Below are positions 12,413 to 23,521 of a stretch of DNA of 48,600 bases, piece after piece. The number at the start of each line of letters is the position of its first letter. Within the stretch, counting starts at the first letter, position 1. Source of the stretch: Octopus bimaculoides (lineage: Eukaryota). The stretch lies in NCBI RefSeq assembly GCF_001194135.2, contig NC_068982.1:3357961-3406560 (forward strand), given 5' to 3'. Under the pieces are notes generated by a model that worked only from the letters and a program-made list of their open reading frames with translations, made no database searches and was not told the DNA's origin. The position numbers and the translations under genes were made by a program.

Positions 12413-13217
12413 TGTGTGTGCGTGCCTGCGTGCTTGTATGCGTATGTGTGTGCGCGCGCGTTTTGTGTGTATGCTTATATGTATGCGCGTGTGTGCGCTT
12501 GTCTCCAAGACCGCAAGTTTTTGTAAGATATGTAACAAGTTACGTATGAATATATAATAGAGTTGGAGGTGGGGCGTCATCATAAATATGGCAGATTCTT
12601 GAGAATGAAAGCCAAAGCTATATGAGCAAAAAGAAAAACAAAATAGTTTCTACTTAGAAGTGTCAGAGTTTCCCCACCACCACCACCACTACCTGTAAGT
12701 GGTATGACTGTATGCATAACGCAGGGAAAAGCCTACTACGATGAGTGCTTAAATACTACAAAGGTACGCCTATGAATATACACACATGGACAAAGATACC
12801 ATGTAGTCATTCATCATCACGAGAGAAAATTCACATGTGGGGAATGAATGATAAAGAGAAATATGATTATTTCAAAAACTCCATAAAAAATTATCAAACG
12901 AGGTCGCTCATGTCTGTTCTGAATATGGAATATTTAAAATAGAGCTTCTTGCCCAAATGGACAACGCTAATAGAGCGGTATTCGGTGATCTAACAATACA
13001 ACTATGTTAAGTTGGATACAAACATTACTTTTTGTTGTTGGAAGTTTGGAAGTACTTTTGTTGCCAATAAATAAATGTAAATATGTATAGGTATGTGTGC
13101 GCGCGTTTGAGTTTGTGCGTGTGTATGTATGCGTNNNNNNNNNNATATATATATATATATATATATACTTGTGTGTGTATATGCGTATACACACACACAC
13201 ACGCATACACACATATA

Positions 13218-13690
13218 TCAGGCTGAGTAAAAAGTAAGCAACGTTTTGAAACCTGAAATTCATCATAATATATTTCAACAATGAGGAAATGTTATTCATC
13301 AAAGTAAGTACCATTACAATCAACACATTTTTGCCAACGAATTACAAGTTTGTTTATTCCGGTAACATAAAAATCTGGAGTTTTGGAGCCGATGAACTCC
13401 TTGGCTTGATTTTTAAACTCCTTCTCTCGCTTGAAAAAGTGATAGACGCTAAGAGAAAGGTCTCAGGAATAAACAGAGTGGGGAAGAACTTCGTAGCCAG
13501 GATCCCTCAACTTCTGGAGCGTCATTAGGGAAACGTGTGGTCGAACATTGACATGAAGAATGCTTGGACCTCTTCTGTTGACCAGTCTGGGATGGAGGAG
13601 TAGCAGTTTTTCGTTCATTTTGGCAAATTCATGGCAATATGTTTCTGCAGTAATGGTTTTCTGGGTTTTAGGAAGTCCAGCACCATACGA
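13218..13690 (-). mobile_element. mariner transposase 3' fragment with one terminal repeat
   Basis: minus-strand translation ...ITAETYCHEFAKMNEKL...GYEVLPH...GINKLVIRWQKCVDCNGTYFDE; TA-flanked end tcaggctgagtaaaaagtaagcaacg. Confidence 0.85.
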
Positions 13691-13799
13691 CGCAACGAAA
13701 ATTTTAGAAAAATTAAAAAAGAAAGTGGAAATTTTACCGGTGAGTGTGTTAAATTATAAGGCGCCAAAAGAGAATGATTATCCCCAGGCACAACTGAAT

Positions 13800-13830
<31 letters not shown>

Positions 13831-13840
13831 TGTGTGTGTG

Positions 13841-13904
<64 letters not shown>

Positions 13905-14677
13905 ATAGCTTCTGAAAGGATCTCACTTCACGCTGATTTGAAAAGCGCACCTAAATTTGCAGCGCTCCTTCTCATTACAGTCGTGTGTTGTAGCTTTTTA
14001 TAATACCAATATACAGCTTGATGGCTTCAGTACTTAAACTTAGTGATTTACAGAGACACAATGCTAGAATGTGACACTCCAAACTCAACTTTCAACAGTA
14101 TGCTGAATTCTAGAAAGCTAACATATCTGAATGTGTGAGTTTCTCTTTATTTACCATCGAAACTTTTAAGATTAAATAATCAATAGATGCTGTACAAACA
14201 AAAATAGTTTATGTTGAAGCAAAAAAGCGTAAGAAGTGACGAAAGAAGTTTTATGACATGGAACAAATGAAATAACTCAGATGACACAAGATAATCCGCA
14301 AGTAACTTAAAGAGAAATGGATCATATATAATCTGGAAGTACGAAGAATACTTAAAAACGTATCAGACAGAAATATTACCAATTTGAAAACAAAAGAATA
14401 TTCGCTTTAAAAAGTAGCTTTGGAAAATGTAGTGTTAGTGGAAATGGTATTGCTTAGACTACATGATTCGAAAATATTATCCAAATTCCAATATATAAAT
14501 TCGTAGTAAAACGAACTTGATAGGAAGTCAACTTTGGAAATCTATGTTAGAGAAAGGCTGTAAATGTGATAGAATTATAAGTAGTTTGGTTTTGTTAGCA
14601 AAATATAATACGACAAATTCTAGCTCTCTATAGCAATAATACTGAACATCCACAATCTATAAATATATATATACTAC

Positions 14678-14751
14678 AAAATGATATAGACTGCTTTTTT
14701 TTCCAACATGGTATACACTGTGGTCATCCACGCTTGCAACATTCCAAGTGA
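14678..14751 (-). CDS. candidate internal exon (TWNVASVDDHSVYHVGKKSSLYHF); donor position uncertain
   Basis: aactttctag acceptor; W..(x7-8)YHVG repeats the WRLRKVKTGMYHVG motif of the 21048 exon. Confidence 0.35.
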
Positions 14752-14816
14752 CTAGAAAGTTTATAATAGCATGAATTCAGTATGAACTATGTTTTGTCTT
14801 AGGAGGGTCATTACGC

Positions 14817-15050
14817 CAATAATAACACACGCACTGGTTCAATATCACTTCTTTATTGTTAGCTGATTGGTTAAATATCTGACCAACTAAGTAATCGATC
14901 GTTTATTTAATGCACTGGCTAAGCAATCAATCGGCAGTTTGTTTGTCGAAGACCTTTCTCACAATTCTGGATCTCATCAATGACATGCCTCCTCTCTTTA
15001 AATGACACACGATTTCACATCAGGAACCTTGCAAGCAAATACAAATATTT
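14817..15050 (-). repeat. decayed copy of repeat family E (hammerhead-bearing; PLE terminal repeat or retrozyme-like)
   Basis: shares gccaata(a/t)aacacacgcactg, ...ctcatca(g/a)tg and acacacgatttcacatca with 18413-18815. Confidence 0.6.
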
Positions 15051-15129
15051 AGCATGAACTGCTATGAATCGTATTCTAAATGCAATTTGCAAGTATTGCT
15101 CAGAAGGATATCCTATGCGGTGGTTAATC

Positions 15130-16490
15130 TTCTTTTGCATCCAGTAAACATTGGTGTATTGTATATAAACCCAATAAAGGAGGACAACTATATAAGAGTT
15201 CTTTTGGGATTTTAGACTGAAACTGGAGCACAGATACCAAGTTGCTCAAAGTGCAATGAATGAAGTACCTAAAGTGGAAAGTAGGTTGGTTGTATCCGGT
15301 AAGTGTGGTGGCGCCAGAGAGTAAACCTGGCGGGATTCTGGAAACATGGTACGATGGAGAGATGCGATCAATGGACGGACACGGGTGAGAGCAGATTGGA
15401 TAAGAGGGATTGATAACCACGTGGAATGAACAGAAGGATCGTGTATTCATCCTGATTCTAGAAGTCGAATTTGATGCTGCACAAGCGCTAGTGATGGAGG
15501 AACTGGATATAGAGGGCGAAGCGCTTGGTATGGATTTCGAGGTCGAGGTACCAGTGGGAGCCGGCGGGTTTGTAGAAGATGGAGGTAGACGTAATGAGGA
15601 TAGAGTAATGAAGGGAGGAATCATAGATGGAGATAGTAAAGTGGGAAATTATTGAGAAGAGTTGATGGAGATGAAAGTGATTTGTTACGGGTAAGAGAAT
15701 TGGCACTGAAAAAGTCGTCAATATAATGTAAGGGCAGCTGTATATCTCTGATGTGTCATCAGTAGACTGGGAGAAGATCTGAGCGTCAACGTGGCCGACA
15801 AATTGGATCCCATAACCTAGGGACCTGCTCTTATGCTTATCTCGCCAAAGGAAAAATAATGAAGAGTAAACACGAGCTCGGTTTGACGAAGAATATAGAG
15901 TGGCACACAAAGACAGAGGTAGGAAGAAATGTGATCAGTGGGGCAGTTACGGGCAGCGTCGATAGAATGACTGGGGTTTTCGGTGGCTTTTGCGGACGAA
16001 GCCTATAGAGGGTGTGTGGACGATGGGGTGTGAGACAGTAGAAGAGGAGGAAGAGGAGGTGAAGTTGGCAGACGACAGGAGAGGAGTTGGAGTTGGCAGA
16101 CGACAGGAGAGGAAGAAGGGGATGAGTTGGCAGACGACAGGAGAGGAAGAAGGGGATGAGTTGGCAGATGACAAGTGAGGAGGGAGAGGTGGAGGAGGAG
16201 TTGGCAGACGACAGGAGAGGAAGAACAGGAGGAGGAGGAGTTGGCGGACGACAGGTGAGGAGGTTCTTGTGCTGTCAAGGTCGGCCTGCTATACTTCTAT
16301 GACAATATCGCGACAGCATAAAATGGAGCGGAGAGTGAAGTCTGTCTGGGACGATGTTGATGCATGGAGAATGTTCTGCTGCATCAGTCAACGGTAAATA
16401 GATCTAGAACGCTGGACTGGTCAGCGGTCCAGCTCCGTGAAGCATTCGACCTATTCGGTGCACGAGGCGTGCCACTAAAAGATGATGCAT
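15130..16490 (-). mobile_element. Penelope-like element RT pseudogene (C-rich family)
   Basis: frameshifted minus-strand remnants: ...VMGS..FVGHV (GxAMGS motif), a decayed YIDD region, FYKPAGSHWYL (YYKPTDSHSYL motif); RDIVI...RQL upstream. Confidence 0.75.
16063..16257. repeat. minisatellite: 6 copies of core gagttggcagacgacagg(a)gagg, variable units of about 27-40 bp
   Basis: copies read directly at about 16063, 16090, 16124, 16158, 16198 and 16238. Confidence 0.9.
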
Positions 16491-17129
16491 AGTTTTATGT
16501 GACGCATAAATATACCTAAGTGTATACCAATAGCAATGAAATTATGTAAAAATGTGAAAATTAAAATTCGAAAGCGTTTCGGGAGCAACACCTTAAACTT
16601 GGATTTGTATTCGGGGTGACATTTTCGCTCACCTTTTAAGGCAAAAGATTCATAAAATGTAGTGGGACTATGTTATTTTTACCAGACTATTGTTCTAAAA
16701 TGTTAATGTCGTAGAGGAAGCCATTCGAAATTATTTTAACGTAGTAATATTTCCTGCGCATGACTTGCACTTCAAGAATTACGTTGTCAAGAAGCCGTAT
16801 CAATCCTTTAGAGTTTTGTGACTCAAACAACTTTACCCTAATGAGTGCATTTGTAATAATGAAGAAGAAAGTAAGTAATGAATGATACAAAATTATTTTC
16901 ACAGCACACGCTTTGAGAGTAGTTGTATGTCTCAAAGGTTGAAATCCTTTGTAATTTGAATGTGGAATAGCTGAGATCGTTACATTGAAACATGAGAATC
17001 TGAAAGAACGTATGAAGACACAGCTGGAAGTGTTGCCTCCAAAATCCAGTCAATCTTCAGGATTTTTTTTTTTTTTTGCTTTTTGTTGTTTGTTTTGTTT
17101 TTTGTTTTTTTCGTTTTTCTTTTCGGTTG

Positions 17130-18300
17130 CAGAGACATACAAAGTAAAACACGTGAAAAAAGAATTTCGTATTGAAAGAGATATTACAGTAAAAGCAATT
17201 TTAAGGATTTGAAATGTGGAAAAACTGATAAAACCCATGGAAAGAAATTGTGCTCGATATGATAAAAGTAGAGTACAGCAAGCAGCGAATTTTTTGTTAA
17301 GTGGAAGAAATTGTTCAACGTATATGATGGGGAACAAAAAATTAATGATTGATGGCAAGGAAATTGATTTTCCGAAATTGATTCGAAAAGATATTAATAG
17401 CAACTTACGCCGTCGATATATAGAATGCTTTCCAAACGAAAAATGATCGAATAGAAAATTTATCCATTCACCAAAATAACGACAGCGATAACATGGTTGG
17501 ATCAGAAAGCCAAAGACATGGTAGATTATGTATGTGGGGTTTCGCTGTAAAACAACTTTGATATGATTCAACGAAGTGCTGCAGCTGGTGATCATAACAC
17601 TGAATCATTATTACCTCTAATAGCTGCTTTAGAAACACTTTTAAAAAGCTCGTACGATAAACGTGCTTCGAAATGTAGAACTATTGATCCAAATTACGCG
17701 CTTTCGCCTCATGATGGATCGTCATCTATTCCTTGTCATGCATTCCTGCAGGAATACATATGACATGCAGTTGAGTCAGTTCCTCCAAATTAATCACTAT
17801 CTTGTGCTCAAAATCAGAGTTACCTATCAAAGAGAAGCCATTGGTGGAATATTGGACTGACTGGGGTCCGATCAAACCCACAGAGGAATTCAAAAGAAAG
17901 TTTGAATCGATGTATTAAAACTATAAAAAATAATATGAATCACTTAATGGAAGGTTGGTTAATATTGCTGCGGAGCTATAATTTATTCAAAATACACACA
18001 GGAAGAAGGAGAAATAATAGAAACTCAAAGAATTTCAATTATTACAATCTTTGAACGGATCATATAGCAAGTGGTTTTGTTATGTGATCAGTATACAAAT
18101 TAGGGTGATTGGAGAGGGAGCACACAGAAATGGGAGGTTGTTTAGTCTTATTTTGAAACTGTATGAAACTTAATCTAGTGATGAAGACATTCCTCAGATA
18201 TAGGTACAATCAGATAACGCACAGTGGCACACAACCGCAGCCTCTGATTTACGGCATAAGTTGTGTTATGTAGAGCAAATAAAAAGTGCATGGAGTGGAC
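17130..18300 (+). mobile_element. decayed DNA-transposon transposase, tentatively Sola3-like
   Basis: GNKKLMIDGKEIDFPKLIRKDINSNLRRRYIEC, KITTAITWLD, LKSSYDKRASKCRTIDPNYALS and VMKTFLRYRYNQ resemble, in collinear order, recalled blocks of a cnidarian/mollusc transposase family; stops and frameshifts present. Confidence 0.5.
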
Positions 18301-18380
18301 GTCTTAAGAGAACAGCCATTGAAACTCAATATGGAAATGACTAAATTCATTATTGTTCATCATTTTAATATATACATACA

Positions 18381-18412
<32 letters not shown>

Positions 18413-18419
<7 letters not shown>

Positions 18420-18815
18420 ACTTGGGGATAGTCATATTGCCAGTTTAGCCAATAAAAACACACGCACTGTATATTTGGTGTTAATTTGCTTCAGCTTTAT
18501 ATTACATTAATCTTAATCTTATTTCGGCCAGAGTTCTTTCGTCACACTTCTGTGACCTCATCAGTGGTTCTTTGTTTCTTTCTTTCTTATGTGTGTCTCA
18601 CCTTGCTAACTATCAGCCATTTTGTATTTTGTATTCCTATTGTATACAATAGGAATACAAAATAAGATTAAGATTAATGCAATATAAAGCTGAAGCAAAT
18701 TAACACCAAATATACAGTGCGTGTGTTTTTATTGGCTAAACTGGCAATATGACCATCCCCAAGTACAACAACATCTGTTTCAACACACGATTTCACATCA
18801 AAAATCTTGCAAAAC
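18413..18815. repeat. repeat family E as a fold-back: 112-bp arms 18413-18524 and 18660-18771
   Basis: arms are reverse complements with 2 mismatches; perfect 36-bp palindrome at 18627-18662. Confidence 0.9.
18528..18567 (-). ncRNA. minimal type-I hammerhead ribozyme motif
   Basis: minus strand CCA-CUGAUGA-G-GUCACA(GAAG)UGUGAC-GAAA-GAAC-UC^UGG: core boxes, 6-bp helix II, 3-bp helix I, NUH=CUC; one extra G before helix II. Confidence 0.65.
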
Positions 18816-18869
18816 AAATATATAAATATATATATGTATAAATATATATATNNNNNNNNNNAGAACGCT

Positions 18870-19600
18870 CCAACAAGCTGAATTTTTAGAAAATCTTTTT
18901 GACCAATCCGTATGAAGCTTAAACATCAAGGTTTGCCAGGCCTACCGATATTCTGTAACCTGTTTATATTTATGTGATAGAGATTTTTTAATCCACATCA
19001 TTAACTGGTTGTTATATTATTACTGTTATTTCCATTCAGAACAGGTTTGAACATTTTAATAAATCGTTTTTCTTTTATCTTTCTTCCAACCTCATTTGTG
19101 TCATGTACTTTGTGGAAAGGAAAAATTAGAAACATTTTCTGACCACATGTCTTTATATGTTCACTCAATGGAATTTAACGAACATTGGTGTTCCGGATTT
19201 GTTGTCTGTGGACTCGTGAGCGTTCCCATAATGCATTCCCTGTCTCGCCTATAAATAGTTCCTCACAATTCGGGCATTTAATGCAGCAGATCAAATTTCT
19301 GCTTTTGCAGTTCATATCTGCATTTGCGAAAATCTGTTCCTTTTTTTTTTTTTCTAATGGATCTACCCGTGTGTATGTATTGTCACGTTCCGCATCCGTT
19401 ATCCTTACATTTGGATACCGTGAATGTTTTATCCTGTTTGTTCAGGTTGACTTTTGCCTTTAGGTTATGTGGTTGCCTCTTGCTTAAGATAAGTCTTTGA
19501 TTAGTTATTGTTTTTTTTTATTTTTTCACTTTATTTTATGATTGACAAATTTGTTTTGATGATGTTAAAAATGTGTTGGTGATGCGGATTGCGTGTTACT
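18870..19600 (-). mobile_element. Penelope-like element GIY-YIG endonuclease 3' fragment
   Basis: MNCKSRNLICCIKCPNCEELFIGETGNALWERSRVHRQQIR...FLIFPFHKV...KEKRFIKMFKPVLN. Confidence 0.85.
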
Positions 19601-19614
19601 AGAAATGGTGTAAA

Positions 19615-19675
<61 letters not shown>

Positions 19676-20868
19676 TGTGTGTGTACCTATATATATGTAT
19701 TTGTGTTTAGGTGTTATGTGTATGGTTGTAGATGGTTTCTTTGTAATATGAGTGGCATTTAGACATGTAAACTGTTAACTTCTTTCTACCCGCTATAATT
19801 TTAAAGATATTATGTTCCGTTGCAAACTTTAGTCCAATATTCGCAACGCTGTTTTATTAATGCACAAACTACCCAAACATTTCCTCTTTGAGATACAACT
19901 CTTTTGACCCCTACCTCTAACATTTTCCTGCACTCTGGGCTATACTGTATAACCAAACATCTTTCCAACATTGATGACTTCGTAAAATCTCTCCAAATGT
20001 CATTTTCTCTCATCTGGCCTTGAAGAAATAGTGTAGGTCTTCAGCACCACATCTTCTCCAACTAATTTATAAAAATAAATATTTAATTAATTACATTGAG
20101 TTATTTCTGATACTTGTTAAATTTGATAGTAACTGATCACTGGGTGGGAATCGACTGAGCTTTCACCACCCTAAGTACTTTATCTTTGTCTCAAGTTTCA
20201 ACATAATTCTGTCGTTGAATGTTTACAAAAGGAGATTACTATTTCTGAAGCTGCAATATCCTGAAATGCATGCTGCTGTAATCAGGTTTGTGCTCTTGGC
20301 ATATTACACCATCCTATTTCATTTCTCTTATATATCAAAGACGTCGCCTGCCATCGAAAATTATCTTGAATGTAACATCAGTAAAACCAAGAACATCATT
20401 ATAATATATTTTTTCAGAAATCTCTTCTCTTCTTTTCCCTCCGATATTTACGCCTATTATTTTTTCGTAGATATTACATTCAGTACTTACCTGCAAAATT
20501 CAAACATTTTTTTTTTCATTCTTGTTTTCTGCAATCACAGGCAAACTGTGCAAAATAGCAAAGCTTTGGTTAAAATACCTAAATGTAAATATCTAAATAC
20601 TATAAATTAAAATACTGCACTATGCTGGAGTCTTCGTATAGGTTCATAATTCTATTTTCGTCGAAATCACGATGCCATTTGATCAAACTAGATAATGAAA
20701 TTAGTACCAGCAGTAAATAGTTTATCAGGCGAAAGAGTCTAGAGCCTAAGTTTTCCCCTAAAGGAAAACCAGAACTTTAGAAATAAGTATCGTTGGATAT
20801 GATTCCATTGCACAGTTACCAAAGATAATACATATTTTATCTTCCATGAATCATTTCCAGAAACATAC

Positions 20869-21048
20869 TTCTTAACGAGCCAACGTGGTACATGCCCGTT
20901 TTAACTTTACGTAGACGCCATAATGAATTTGCCAAACTAAAGCCATCCCAGAAGCAACAATATTGATCATCAAGTAACATTGCTTCATATTCTTTACCGT
21001 ATATCCAAATAAAGTTTTTAAATGCTCTATTGATTAAATGTATTTCAC
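20869..21048 (-). CDS. candidate 180-nt phase 1-1 exon encoding a ricin-B/beta-trefoil-like repeat
   Basis: gttgttatgcag acceptor, 59 open codons EIHLINRAFKNFIWIYGKEYEAMLLDDQYCCFWDGFSLANSLWRLRKVKTGMYHVGSLR, AA|gtatgt donor; visual match to a recalled RicinB_lectin_2-type pattern. Confidence 0.5.
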
Positions 21049-21109
21049 CTGCATAACAACCAGGTAGAGGTTGATAATAGGGTGAATTGTAAGCATGAAT
21101 TAGAAAACC

Positions 21110-21165
<56 letters not shown>

Positions 21166-21225
21166 CATATAAGTATACATATTAAAGTAATATATACGTA
21201 TATTTAAATCGATATTCACATAGTT

Positions 21226-21318
<93 letters not shown>

Positions 21319-21557
21319 TGTGTGTGTGTGTATAAATATGTATGTATATATATACACATATTTATATACATGCATATATTTATATATAATACATGTATAT
21401 ATATATATATTATATACATATATATATATATATGTACATACATATATAACTATATTTTTTATATACATATATACAAATATATATGTATACATATGTATAA
21501 ATACATATATATATATATATATACATGTGTTTTTATATGTATATATACATATATATA

Positions 21558-21607
<50 letters not shown>

Positions 21608-21882
21608 CGTATATATGTCTGTATATAATTGAATGTGTGGTTGTTAGAGAATGACGAAAGAGACGTAAAACAGAAAGTGAAATAAAGAACAGTCTCAAAT
21701 GCTCAGCAAACTGACAAGAAGCAAGAATTAATTGGATGGATGCAGAAGGTGTTATACAATAAAGAAAAAGAAGAGAGAGAGAGAGGAATGGTAATAGAAT
21801 ATAAGACTTATATATATATAGACGTATATATGTATATATGTGTATGCGCTTGTTTGGGTTTGTATATGTACATAAGATGATG

Positions 21883-21940
<58 letters not shown>

Positions 21941-21964
21941 AAGATAGATAGATAGATAGATAGT

Positions 21965-22020
<56 letters not shown>
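21110..22020. repeat. microsatellite cluster (GATA)n, (TA)n, (TG)n
   Basis: pure and interrupted arrays at about 21110-21165, 21230-21330, 21560-21605 and 21880-22020. Confidence 0.95.
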
Positions 22021-22392
22021 CGGTACGGGTATATCGCTTGTTGCAAATTACATGAGAAATGCGGGTAAATAAAAAATGGTAAATAATTGGAAATATGATA
22101 GGGAAACAGAAATCGGAAGAAGAGGAGAAAATAAGGAAAGATAAAGGGGTGGGTGGAGGGAAAGGAAACAATATAGAAAATATGATTAAAAAAATTACTT
22201 GAGTGAATAGTACACTTTTATTTCTATGTATGTATGTGTATGTGCATGTGTGTGTGTGTACGTATGTGTGTGTACGTATGTGTGTGTACTTGCGTGTGTA
22301 TGTGTGAGTGGTTGACAGAGAAGCAAATATTTGAGTAAGAGGGGAACTTTTAGAGAAAACAATATATGTGTGATGCAATCCATAAATGTATA

Positions 22393-22434
<42 letters not shown>

Positions 22435-22501
22435 ATAACAAAGTAAATGTAAACATATATACAGATATCTATATGTGTATATATATATATATATATAATA
22501 T

Positions 22502-22551
<50 letters not shown>

Positions 22552-22805
22552 CACATAAAAGTTTGAATGCACAATTATGCAACTCCAACACTTTGTAGAG
22601 TTTACGTGTGTCTGTGTGTGTGTCTCTATGTGATGTGTTTGTATGCGTGTGTGAGTGTCTGATGATGTACGTAGAAGCAGTTAGGCATATGTAAATACAT
22701 ATTTATGTGTTGATGTATATAGATGTATGTATACACCCATGCATACACATTTATATATACATATATATACATATATATATATGCACATATATATGCATAT
22801 ATATA

Positions 22806-22872
<67 letters not shown>

Positions 22873-22913
22873 ATTATAATTGACGTATATTGATTATAAT
22901 TGGGTTACTTTAC

Positions 22914-22938
22914 GCTGGTTCATATCTTCATGAGACAT
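22914..22938 (-). CDS. candidate first coding segment (MSHEDMNQ) within exon 22971-22914
   Basis: tttactcttgtag acceptor at 22972, ATG at 22938, phase-1 donor C|gtaaag joins the 21048 exon in frame. Confidence 0.25.
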
Positions 22939-23185
22939 TTTTCAGACGCCGAGATAATGCTCCGCATATAACTACAAGAGTAAATTTTTTTTATATCCGT
23001 TTCTCTTTCAGTATTATGGGAAATCAAAACTGCTAAATTTTTATGGATGACTTTGAATTATTTCCCTTTAAAAACTACTCTAATAATAAACTTGAATATG
23101 ATACGATGACAGCACATGAAAAACAAAATGTAAGAAGGTTAGCCAAAAATATAAATCAAACAGCTTATATAGATATGTGCATATT

Positions 23186-23245
23186 CGAGGTCTGTATGAA
23201 AAGTTCTGAGCTTATTTAGGCTCAAGACTTTTCATACACCCCTCG
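23186..23245. mobile_element. 60-bp mariner-type element made almost entirely of two TIRs
   Basis: cgaggtctgtatgaaaagttctgagct versus the reverse complement of the right end, cgaggggtgtatgaaaagtcttgagcc; right flank TA, left flank TT. Confidence 0.7.
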
Positions 23246-23346
23246 TATTATATAGACTTACACACAAACACATACACATGCAGACACACCCACACCCCAC
23301 ACATATATGTATATAAATACATGTATATATAATATGATATATTATT

Positions 23347-23420
23347 AAGGCGGTGATTTGAAAGAATCGTTAGCACGCCGGACAAAATGCTTGGCAACAT
23401 TTCTTACGGTTTCACATTCT
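23347..23420 (+). mobile_element. SINE family C head fragment
   Basis: aaggcggtgatttgaaagaatcgttagcacgccggacaaaatgctt matches 43683 and 48164. Confidence 0.75.
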
Positions 23421-23521
23421 GAGGTCCATTCTTTTGGGATGGATAGAATATACACGTCAAGGACTGTGTTTGATGTAATCCCCAACCCCATCCTGCATGA
23501 TTTCAGGTTTCGTGTTGGTGT

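Noticed and set aside
12289-12583. CV/HT/YI-repeat ORFs here and at 21100-22600, 35336-35810 and 36560-36994
   Set aside because: They are translations of (TG)n, (TA)n, (TATG)n and (GATA)n microsatellites.
12658-12694. 37-nt plus-strand exon-like segment (SVRVSPPPPPLP, CT|gtaagt)
   Set aside because: It is isolated, built on a (CCA)n repeat and antisense to the better-supported minus-strand model; no partner exons were found.
19810-20025. 67-aa minus ORF containing SQRGNVWVV, resembling the SGRGTLWAV repeat
   Set aside because: It has a plausible phase-1 acceptor but only phase-0 donors that do not join the next exon; the similarity is too short to include in the model.
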